From: Candidatus Eiseniibacteriota bacterium
Lineage (GTDB): Bacteria; Eisenbacteria; RBG-16-71-46
DNA length: 64,000 bases
NCBI GenBank assembly: GCA_963707915.1
Contig: OY970178.1
Coordinates: 3,232,001 to 3,296,000 of the forward strand
Reading direction: 5' to 3'
The position numbers and the translations under genes were made by a program. This document shows, in pieces, positions 40,810-51,752 of this stretch. The notes under the pieces were generated by a model that saw nothing but the letters and a program-made list of their open reading frames with translations, was not told the origin of the DNA and made no database searches. The first letter of the stretch is position 1. Every line of letters begins with the position of its first letter.

Positions 40810-42101
40810 ACCTCCAGCAGTCGCTCGAAGCGCTGTACGGGCTCGAACGCCGGCGCGACAAGCTCGGCCTCGAGGGCACCCGCGCGCTGCTCGGCGCCCT
40901 GGGCGATCCCCACGGCGAGTGGGCCTCGGTGCACGTGGCGGGCACGAACGGCAAGGGCTCGGTGTGCGCGCTGGTCGAGCGCGTCCTGCGCGAGGCCGGG
41001 ATCCGCACCGGGCTGTTCACCTCGCCGCACCTGGTGGACTTCCGCGAGCGCATCCGGGTGGACGGCCAGTGGGCCGACGCGGAGCGGCTGGCGCGGCGCC
41101 TCGCGCTGATCTCGCGCCTGCCCGAGGGCAAGGACCGCACGTTCTTCGAGGTCTGCACGGCACTGGCCTTCGACGATTTCGCCGCGCGCGAGGTCGAGTG
41201 GGCGGTGGTCGAGGTCGGCCTGGGCGGGCGGCTCGACTCCACCAACGTGGTCGAGTCCACGCTCTCGGTCATCACCTCGATCGGCGTGGACCACCCGGAG
41301 CTGCTGGGTCACACGCCCCGGCAGATCGCCGCCGAGAAGGCCGGGATCATCAAGCCCGAGGTGCCGGTGGTGAGCGGGGTCGGGCCGGGAGAGGCCGCGG
41401 ACGCGATCGCGAAGGCGGCCGAACGGCTCGACGCGCCGCTGGTGCTCGCGGCCCAGCGGGTCCGGACCGCCTGGCTCGGCGACGGGCCGGACGGCCTGCG
41501 CTGCACCGCCGAGGCCGAACCCTGGGGGCGGCTCGAGCTGTCCTGCCCGCTCCACGGCCGCCACCAGCTCGCGAACGCGCGCACCGCCCTGGCGGCGCTC
41601 TCGCTGCTGACCGAGAGCGGCGTGGAGATCGAGTCCGAGGCGGTGGTCGAGGGCTTCGCCCGCGCGCGCTGGCCGGGCCGGCTCGAGGCCTGCCCGGGCG
41701 AGCCGAGGTTGTGGTGGGACGGGGCCCACAACCCCGACGGCTTCGCCGCGCTGATCGCCGCCTGGCGCGACGACCTGGGCTTCGAGCCGCCCGACGTGGT
41801 GGTGCTGGCGCTGGCGCGCGACAAGGACGCCGCGGCCGTCGCGCGGTTGCTCGGCCCGTGGATCGCGCCGGGCCGCGTCATCGCCACCCAGTCGCGCAAC
41901 CTGCGGGCCCTGCCCGCCGGCGAGCTGCGCGCGTGCCTGGGCGCGGAGGGCCTCGACGCGCAGCAGGCGCCGGGCGTGGTGGAGGCGGTCGGAACGGCGC
42001 TCGAGGGCGCGACCGGCGGCCGCGTGTTGCTGTGCGGCTCCCTGGTCGCGGTGGCCGAGGCGATGGAGGCCTTCGGCGGCGCGCCGGGAGAGTGGCTGTG
42101 A
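40806..42101 (+). CDS. folC: Folylpolyglutamate/dihydrofolate synthase
   Basis: HVAGTNGKGS, FTSPHL, EVGLGGRLDSTN, EKAGIIK, WPGRLE, DGAHN, GSL. Confidence 0.96.
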   Translation: MNLQQSLEALYGLERRRDKLGLEGTRALLGALGDPHGEWASVHVAGTNGKGSVCALVERVLREAGIRTGLFTSPHLVDFRERIRVDGQWADAERLARRLALISRLPEGKDRTFFEVCTALAFDDFAAREVEWAVVEVGLGGRLDSTNVVESTLSVITSIGVDHPELLGHTPRQIAAEKAGIIKPEVPVVSGVGPGEAADAIAKAAERLDAPLVLAAQRVRTAWLGDGPDGLRCTAEAEPWGRLELSCPLHGRHQLANARTALAALSLLTESGVEIESEAVVEGFARARWPGRLEACPGEPRLWWDGAHNPDGFAALIAAWRDDLGFEPPDVVVLALARDKDAAAVARLLGPWIAPGRVIATQSRNLRALPAGELRACLGAEGLDAQQAPGVVEAVGTALEGATGGRVLLCGSLVAVAEAMEAFGGAPGEWL

Positions 42102-45100
42102 GGCGCCTGCCGGTCCTGCTGGCGCTGGCCGGGCTCGTGCTGGCGGGGCTGGCGCTGGCCGCTGCCGGCGCGCGGGCCGCCGACCTCCCCGACGGGCCGC
42201 CGCTCCACTTCACGGCCGACAACCTGACCGGCAGCCACGGCCCCGAGGGCGACTTCGTCATGCTCAACGGCTCGGTGCGCATGACCCGCGGCCGCACCGT
42301 GCTGACTGCCGACGCCGGGCGCTACTTCAAGCTGCAGGGCATGCTCTACCTGGACGGGCGCGTGCGCATGGTGGACAGCGTGACCACGATGACCTGCGAG
42401 CACGCCTCGTACTCCGAGGACCTGGACCTGCTGTTCGTCCAGGGCAACGTGACGCTGCTGGACAAGGGCGCGGAGATCCGGGCGCCCTCCGGGACCTACG
42501 ACCGGCGCCGCGGCCGCGCGGAACTGGCCGGGCCGGTCGAGGGGCGCGACAAGAAGATGCACCTCACCGCCGACCGCGCGGTCTTCCTGCGCGACTCCTC
42601 GCTGCTGCAGGTGCGGGACCACGTGCGCGGCATCGACCAGGAGAACAAGACCGAGCTCGAGGCGCGCTCGGTGGACTACGACCGCGTGAGCAAGGTGGCG
42701 GTCGGGACCGGTGACCCGGTGCTGCGCAGCCGGGGGGACGACGGCCGGACCACCGAGCTGCGCGCGCTGCGGCTGGTGGTGGACACCGAGCGGCGCTCGG
42801 CCGAGGCGATCGACTCGGTGCGGATCTCGCGCGACACGCTGCAGGCGCGCGGCGACCGGGCGGTCTTCGACGACGTCGCCCAGCGCGGCTGGGTCACCGG
42901 GAGCCCGCGGGCATGGGACGACCAGACCACCGTGACCGGCGATACGCTCGAGTTCCACACCGACCAGCGCGCGATCCGGTCGATCGTGGTGCGCCACGAT
43001 GCGGTCATGGACTACGTCGGCAGCCGGCCCGGCACGCTGGGCGAGGCCAGCCGGCTCACCGGCGACACCGCGACCGTGTACTTCACGCGCGGCGAGATCG
43101 ACAGCCTGGTGGCGGTGGGCTCGGCGCGCAACCAGTACACCGGCGTGGCGGGCGCCGGGAAGACCGCCGAGCGGAACGAGGCCGCCGGCGACACCATCAC
43201 GGTGTTCTTCCGCGCCCGCAAGATCGACCGCGCCGAGGTGCGGGGGGGCGCGCACGGCACCTACCGGATCGCCGTGGCCGCGGGCGACACCACGGCGGCC
43301 AAGAAGGAGGTCGTGGAGTACGACGCCCGGCGCATCGAGTTCCGGGTGGCGGAGAGCGCCATCGTGCTGGACAAGGAGGCCCACCTCAACTACCAGGACC
43401 TCGAGTTGCGCGCGCGCCAGGTGACCTACGACATCGAGCGGCAGACGGTCGAGGCCGAGGGCTCGCCGGTGCTCGGCGACCGCGGCGAGCAGGTCAAGGG
43501 GGGACTCATGACCTACGACCTCCCGAGCCGCGTGGGGACCATCTACGACGCGCAGACCAACTACGAGAAGGGCCTCTACCTGGGCCGGCGCATCCGCAAG
43601 GTGAGCGAGAACGAGCTGGACGTGATGAACGGCACCTACACGACCTGCAGCGCGGCCCGGCCGCACTACCGCTTCGCGTCGCGCTGGATGAAGATCTTCC
43701 TGAAGGACAAGCTGGTGGCGAAGCCGGTGGTGTTCTACCTCGGGAACGTGCCGCTGTTCCCGCTGCCCTTCTGGGTCTTCCCGGTGAAGACCGGGCGCCG
43801 CTCCGGGCTCCTCTTCCCGCAGGTCGAGCTGGGTCTCAGCAACAGCGCCGGCCAGTTCGTCCGCAACGCCGGCTACTACTGGGCGCCCAACGACTACCTC
43901 GGGCTCACCGCGGCCGGCGACTACTACCAGGCGGAGCCGTCCTGGGTGCTGCGGGGCGAAGGCGAGTACCGCGTGCTCTACCTGCTGGACGGGAGCTTCC
44001 GCGGCACCTTCGCGCGCAACGAGAGCCCGCTGAACCGCAGCGAGAACTGGGACTTCAGCGCCGACCACTCGCAGGAGATCACGCCGCGCACCCGGCTGGT
44101 GGCGCGCGCCTCGTTCGTCTCGAGCAAGGACTACAATTCGAGCAACCTCTACGGGCGCTCGCTCGCGCAGCGCCTCAACCGGTTCCTCACCTCCAGCCTG
44201 GCGGTGTCGCACAACGCCGACTGGGGCAGCATCAACGCCTTCATCGACCGGCGCCAGGACCTCGACGCGGACGAGAGCCTGATCGAGGCGAACCGCAACG
44301 GCATCCAGCCCATCGGCACCTCGACCTCGCTCGCCAACCTGGTCGAGTCGAACCCCAACCTCTCGATCTCGTTCCCGACCCGCGCCATCGGCAGCCTCGG
44401 CCTGCTCCGTCGCACGCCGCTGGCGAAGCCGCTGCGCACCCTCTACTTCGGGTTCAGCAGCCAGTTCCTCTCCTACACCGAGCGCCGGGCGTTCGTCGCG
44501 GGGCACACGCCGTTCGCCGCCGACGTGATGCGGGACTCGATCACGACGCTCGGGCAGCAGCGCACGACGCGCCGCGGCCTGTCGAACAACATCTCCGTGT
44601 CGGACTCGCGCAAGCTCTTCGGCTGGGTCAACTTCCAGCCCCAGCTGCGGTCGAACGTGGTGGTGTTCGACTTCGACGAGCTGGGCAACAAGGTGGTGCC
44701 GGCGGCGGTCTGGTCGGGGACCGTCACGATGAGCACGACCTTCTACGGCTCGTTCCGGCCCCGGGTCTTCGGGATCGAGGGGCTGCGGCACGTCGTCTCC
44801 CCGAACGTCTCGCTCTCCTACAGCCCGAAGTTCCCGGGGCTCACCTACCGGGACTCTCTCGGCTTCCAGCGCAACCGGTTCCGGAGCTTCTCCGGCATCG
44901 GCATCTCCGGGTTCCAGCGCTCCAACCTCAACTTCAGCCTCGACCAGCGCCTGCAGGCGAAGCTCAAGCGCGGCGCCAACGTCACGCGCCTGGACAACCT
45001 GCTGTCGTGGAGCGTGGGTGGCTCGTACGACTTCCTCTACAAGGAGCAGCGGGCCGCGCACCCGCTGTCGAACCTCTACTCGAGCGTGCTGCTGCAGCCG

Positions 45101-45598
45101 CCGACCTACATGAACGCGAACCTGAGCTGGGTGACCGACGTCTACAGCCGGCGCCCGGTGCGCTCGCTGGGCTACAACCTGGGCCTGAACCTGGACAGCG
45201 GCGGGCTCAAGCGCACCTCGCCCGACCTGCCGGCCGAGCAGCGGTCCGAGCCGGAGTCCGGCGAGAACTGGTCGTTCGGTTTCGCGTACTCGTACTCGGG
45301 CGGCTACACCAGCGGGACGGACTGGACCAGCGCGAAGACCGCGAATGTCACGAGCCGCTACCAGCTGACCCCGGCCTGGGCGCTCGAGTACTCGGCGTCC
45401 CTCGACCTCACGCTCCGCAGCATCCAGACCCAGCGCTTCGCGCTGAGCCGTGACCTGCACTGCTGGCAGGCGGTCTTCACCCGCCTGTTCGTGGTGGGGG
45501 GCGAGGCGGAGTACTACTTCCGCATCGGCGTGAAGGACCAGAAGGAGATCTACCTGGAGCGCGGCACGCGGGTGGGCAGCCTCGGCGGGATCCAGTAG
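42098..45598 (+). CDS. lptD: LPS assembly protein LptD with extended N-terminal OstA/LptA beta-jellyroll region
   Basis: Signal peptide; repeated OstA-like strands; YTTC, PLFPLPF, RRSGLLFP, GYYWAPNDY and RDLHCW barrel motifs; 1166 aa. Confidence 0.85.
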   Translation: MRRLPVLLALAGLVLAGLALAAAGARAADLPDGPPLHFTADNLTGSHGPEGDFVMLNGSVRMTRGRTVLTADAGRYFKLQGMLYLDGRVRMVDSVTTMTCEHASYSEDLDLLFVQGNVTLLDKGAEIRAPSGTYDRRRGRAELAGPVEGRDKKMHLTADRAVFLRDSSLLQVRDHVRGIDQENKTELEARSVDYDRVSKVAVGTGDPVLRSRGDDGRTTELRALRLVVDTERRSAEAIDSVRISRDTLQARGDRAVFDDVAQRGWVTGSPRAWDDQTTVTGDTLEFHTDQRAIRSIVVRHDAVMDYVGSRPGTLGEASRLTGDTATVYFTRGEIDSLVAVGSARNQYTGVAGAGKTAERNEAAGDTITVFFRARKIDRAEVRGGAHGTYRIAVAAGDTTAAKKEVVEYDARRIEFRVAESAIVLDKEAHLNYQDLELRARQVTYDIERQTVEAEGSPVLGDRGEQVKGGLMTYDLPSRVGTIYDAQTNYEKGLYLGRRIRKVSENELDVMNGTYTTCSAARPHYRFASRWMKIFLKDKLVAKPVVFYLGNVPLFPLPFWVFPVKTGRRSGLLFPQVELGLSNSAGQFVRNAGYYWAPNDYLGLTAAGDYYQAEPSWVLRGEGEYRVLYLLDGSFRGTFARNESPLNRSENWDFSADHSQEITPRTRLVARASFVSSKDYNSSNLYGRSLAQRLNRFLTSSLAVSHNADWGSINAFIDRRQDLDADESLIEANRNGIQPIGTSTSLANLVESNPNLSISFPTRAIGSLGLLRRTPLAKPLRTLYFGFSSQFLSYTERRAFVAGHTPFAADVMRDSITTLGQQRTTRRGLSNNISVSDSRKLFGWVNFQPQLRSNVVVFDFDELGNKVVPAAVWSGTVTMSTTFYGSFRPRVFGIEGLRHVVSPNVSLSYSPKFPGLTYRDSLGFQRNRFRSFSGIGISGFQRSNLNFSLDQRLQAKLKRGANVTRLDNLLSWSVGGSYDFLYKEQRAAHPLSNLYSSVLLQPPTYMNANLSWVTDVYSRRPVRSLGYNLGLNLDSGGLKRTSPDLPAEQRSEPESGENWSFGFAYSYSGGYTSGTDWTSAKTANVTSRYQLTPAWALEYSASLDLTLRSIQTQRFALSRDLHCWQAVFTRLFVVGGEAEYYFRIGVKDQKEIYLERGTRVGSLGGIQ

Positions 45599-45754
45599 CC
45601 CGGGCGGGCCGCAGACCGTCCGCCGGGAAGGCGGGACGCCCGGCGGCCGGAGCGAGCGGGCTCATCGGGCGCCCGGGGCGGCGCGCCCGCGCGTCACCGT
45701 CCGGCCGCCCGGCGCATCCAAGCAGCGACGATCGGCCTCTCACCCCCGGGAACC

Positions 45755-48099
<2,345 letters not shown>

Positions 48100-48100
<1 letters not shown>

Positions 48101-48342
48101 TGGATCCCGGGCGTCTCGCCGTGACCGTGCTGGGCCTGGGGCTGATCGTGGCCGTGAACCTGGGGTTCTTCGCCCGGCCGGGGACGCGGCGCGTCCCGGG
48201 GCGGCGCGGCCGCGCCGGCGTCAAGCCGCCCGGAGGTCCGGCCGATGATGGACCGGGGACCGGTAGCCGAACGGACCAGCCGTCCTTGACCCGTCCCGGA
48301 CACGCACCGCCGGCGCACCTGCCAACATCCAAGGAGCCATGA
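48100..48342 (+). CDS. Small membrane protein coupled to copA
   Basis: ATG overlaps the copA TGA; MDPGRLAVTVLGLGLIVAVNLGFF single TM helix followed by a low-complexity tail. Confidence 0.5.
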
Positions 48343-48785
48343 ACCGCGCCACCGCCTTCCTGCGCCGCGCCCTGGGCGTGATCCTCGCGATCACACCGCT
48401 GCTCGCGGGCGCCGACCTCTGCACCGTCGGCGCGCTCACGGGCCGCGCGGACCTGGCGTGTGCGATGGAATCCGGCGGGCCCGCCTGCCGGACGGTGGTC
48501 GCGGCCACGCCGAAGTGCTCTCGTTGTGCGCCGGCTGCCCCGGTCCCGGAGACCCCGCGCTCGCAGGGTCCGACCTGCTGTGACCTGCGACCGCAGGGCA
48601 CGGCAGTGGCCGGGCAGCCCGTGCTCGACGCGTCGTCGTCGGCCGCGGTCGCAGTGGTTTCCCCCTTGCTGCCGGTCTCCGATCCGGCCGCGTCGTCGTC
48701 GGTGCGTCCCGACCCCGATGACGGCCGCGCTCCTCCGGGTGGCCCGCCGGACCGGATCTCTCCCCGGGCCCCTCCGCTCTCCTAG
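48339..48785 (+). CDS. Cys-rich exported leader protein with C-terminal RAPP motif (DUF2946-like)
   Basis: AAGGAG SD, signal-like N-terminus, seven Cys including CSRC and CC, ends ISPRAPPLS; directly upstream of the efflux operon. Confidence 0.7.
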   Translation: MNRATAFLRRALGVILAITPLLAGADLCTVGALTGRADLACAMESGGPACRTVVAATPKCSRCAPAAPVPETPRSQGPTCCDLRPQGTAVAGQPVLDASSSAAVAVVSPLLPVSDPAASSSVRPDPDDGRAPPGGPPDRISPRAPPLS

Positions 48786-48914
48786 TTCCCACGGCACCAG
48801 GTCCCGGCTTCCCCGGGACCTCGCCTGCGCGCATCATGCGCGCGGGAACCGATCGGCCCTCGCGTGCGCTGCAGGACGCAGCGGCACGCCGGACCAGGCG
48901 AGAGGAGCGACCCC

Positions 48915-50278
48915 ATGAGCCGAACCGCGGCGCTGTTCGCCGTGCTGCTCGTCATCACCGGCGCGCGGCCGGCCCCGGCGTTCGAACCCGAAGGCGTGCT
49001 GCCCACGGAGGCATCGGGCCCTCTGTCCGGGGCGCACGCCCTCGCGCCCGATAGCGTCGCGCGCCGGCCGGCGCCGGCCGGCGAGGACCCGGCCCCGCCG
49101 CCCGACGAGCTCGTCGCGCAGGCGCTCGAGCACGCCCCCGCCGTGGCGGCGCTCGCGGCGCGCGTCCAGCAGGCCCGGGAGATGGTCCGGCCCGCCGGGG
49201 CGCTTCCCAACCCGATGGTCGAGCTCATGATCCAGGACGTGGGCTTCCCCCGCTGGACCGTCGGCACGGAGGAGATGTCGATGGCCGGCCCCCAGCTCAC
49301 GCAGGGCATCCCATTCCCGGGCAAGCGCGGCGAGCGGCGCCGGGCGGCGAAGGCGGAACTCGCGGTGAAGGCGGACGAGCTGGAACTGCTCCGGCGCGAG
49401 GTGACGCGCGACATCCGGAGCCTCTACGCCCGGCTCTACGCGCTCGACCAGGAACGGCAGGCGCTCGCCTCCGGCCGGGAGCTGCTCGAGATGCTGGCCG
49501 CCACGGTGCGGGAGCGCTACGGCGTCGGGTTGGCCGAACAGGAAGCCGCGGTCAAGGCGCAGCTCGCGGTCTCGCGGCTGGAGGAACGCCAGGACGATCT
49601 CACCGCGGAGCGGGCGGGCCTGGCGGCCGCGGTGAACCGGCTGCTGGACCGGCCGGGTGACGCGGCCCTCGGGCGGGTCGCGTCGCTGCCCGAGCCGCAG
49701 TTCCCGGCGCCGCCCTGGGAGCCTGTCGTGCTGCAGAACTCCGCCGGGATCGCCGTGCGACGGGCTGCGGTCGAGGCCGCGGAGCGGAAGCTCAAGGTCG
49801 CCCGGATGGAGCTGAGGCCCGACCTCGTCGCCGGCGCGGGCGTCGGCTTCCGCGGCGGCAGGGACCCCGTCGCCACGTTCCGGCTGGGGGTGGAGCTGCC
49901 GCTGTGGGCGGCCGGGAACCAGCTCCCGATGATCCGTGCGGCCGGGCAGGAACTCGAGGCGGCGCGCCAGGACCTGCGCGAGGCCGAAGCCGGGGGCGGG
50001 CCGAGGCGGCCCGGCTGGAGGCGGACTGGCGCCGGGCGGGCAGCCAGGTGCCGCGCTACGCGCAGGCCATCGTGCCGCAGACCAGCCTGGCCCTCGACGC
50101 GGCGCGTTCCGGCTACCTGGCCGGGCGGGGCGATTTCTCGGCGGTCGTCGAGGACTTCAACCTGTGGCTCGAGGCCCGCACCGGGCTGGCCCGGCGCGAG
50201 GCCGAACGCTTCGCGACGTGGGCCGAACTGCAGACCATCATCGGCTCGAGCGGCGCCGCCGCCCGGCAGACGGAGTGA
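48915..50278 (+). CDS. TolC/CusC-family outer-membrane efflux protein (one frameshift at ~49995)
   Basis: GAGGAG SD, signal peptide, LPNPMV, QGIPFPGKR, ELPLW; C-terminus (AEAARLEA..YAQAIVPQ..YLAGRGDF) in another frame. Confidence 0.85.
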
Positions 50279-50288
50279 GGAGGAAACG

Positions 50289-51752
50289 ATGATCGACCTC
50301 AGAGGTGACGTCCGACGGTCGCTGCCGCTGCTGGTCCTCCTCGCGTGCGGCATGCTCGCGTTCGGGGCCCTCGTCGCCGGGTGCGGCCGGCCCGCCGCCA
50401 CCGGCCGGACCGCCGGCGGCCAGCGGCAGCAGTACCACTGCCCGATGCACCCGACCTACGTGTCCGACCGGCCGGGCGACTGCCCGATCTGCGGCATGAA
50501 GCTCGTGCCGATCGAGGCGAAGAAGCCGAACGGCGCCGGAGGTCCGCCCGCCGCGGCGGGCGCGACGACCGCTTCCGCCGGGCCGCGCAGGATCCTCCAC
50601 TACCGCAATCCGATGAACCCCGCCGTCACCTCGCCGGTGCCGATGAAGGACGAGATGGGCATGGACTACGTGCCGGTCACCTCGGACCAGGTGTCCGTGG
50701 CCGGCAGCGTGGAGGGCCATGCCTCGGTCGAGGTGAGTCCCGACGAGCTGAAGCTGGCGGGCCTTCAGAGCATTGTGGCCCGACGCGGGAGGCTGGCCCA
50801 CACCATCCGCACGGTCGGCGAGGTCAAGGCCGACGAGACGCGGATCAGCCAGGTGCACACCAAGATCTCCGGGTGGGTCGAGAAGCTGTTCGTCAGCTCC
50901 AGCGGGCAGGCGGTCCGCAGGGGCCAGCCGCTGCTGAGCATCTACTCGCCCGAACTGCTCGCGACCCAGCAGGAGTTCCTCCGGGCGCGCGAATCCGCCG
51001 CCCGGTTCACCGGGAGCGACCTGCCCGAGGTCCGCCGCGGTGGCGAGGAGCTGCTGGCGGCGGCCCGGCAGCGACTCGCGCTGTTCGACGTGCCGCAGAG
51101 CTTCGTCGAAACGCTGGAAAGCACGGGAAAGCCGCAACGCACCGTGACGCTCGACGCCCCGGCATCGGGGTTCGTCACCGGGAAGGAAGTCTTTGCGGGA
51201 ACGCAGATCGAGCCGGGAATGACGCTCTTCACGGTTACCGACCTGTCGAAGGTCTGGATCGAAGCCGAGGTCTACGAGTACGAGGCTCCGCTGGTGCGGA
51301 CCGGGCAGCAGGCCCGCGTGACCCTCGCCTACGACCCGGCGCGCGTCTACGTGGGGCGGGTCAGCTACATCTACCCGTACCTGAACCCGGACACCCGCAC
51401 GCTGCGGATCCGCTTCGAGTTCGACAATCCCGGCCTGGCGCTGAAGCCCGGGATGTACGCCAACGTCGAGCTCGACGCTCAGGCGGTCGCAGGCATCCTG
51501 ATCCCCGACGCGTCGATCCTGGACACCGGCCCACGGCAGATCGTGTACGTCAAGACCGGTGAGGGGCGCTACGAGCCGCGCCAGGTGAAGGTCGGTATCC
51601 GGAGCGACGGCCAGGCCCAGATCCTCTCGGGGGTGAAGGAAGGCGACGAGGTCGTGGATCGGGCCAACTTCCTGCTCGACTCGGAGTCCCGCCTGCGCGC
51701 CGCGATCGGCAAGGCGCCGGGGGCCCACACCGCGGGCGCGGGCGCGCGATGA
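50289..51752 (+). CDS. cusB: CusB-type RND membrane fusion protein with heavy-metal-binding domains
   Basis: YHCPMHP..CPICGMKL and YRNPMNP..KDEMGMDYVP domains; SGWVEKL, YSPELL, LKPGMY, FLLDSES. Confidence 0.9.
   Translation: MIDLRGDVRRSLPLLVLLACGMLAFGALVAGCGRPAATGRTAGGQRQQYHCPMHPTYVSDRPGDCPICGMKLVPIEAKKPNGAGGPPAAAGATTASAGPRRILHYRNPMNPAVTSPVPMKDEMGMDYVPVTSDQVSVAGSVEGHASVEVSPDELKLAGLQSIVARRGRLAHTIRTVGEVKADETRISQVHTKISGWVEKLFVSSSGQAVRRGQPLLSIYSPELLATQQEFLRARESAARFTGSDLPEVRRGGEELLAAARQRLALFDVPQSFVETLESTGKPQRTVTLDAPASGFVTGKEVFAGTQIEPGMTLFTVTDLSKVWIEAEVYEYEAPLVRTGQQARVTLAYDPARVYVGRVSYIYPYLNPDTRTLRIRFEFDNPGLALKPGMYANVELDAQAVAGILIPDASILDTGPRQIVYVKTGEGRYEPRQVKVGIRSDGQAQILSGVKEGDEVVDRANFLLDSESRLRAAIGKAPGAHTAGAGAR

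Noticed and set aside
48286..48320. CueR/MerR-type promoter at TTGACC before the copper leader
   Set aside because: No acceptable -10 at 17-19 bp and only a 4-bp dyad (GTCC-C-GGAC).
48864..51752. TolC-CusB fusion ORF
   Set aside because: The TolC C-terminus is in another frame ending at 50278; cusB has its own GAGGAGG SD and ATG at 50289.
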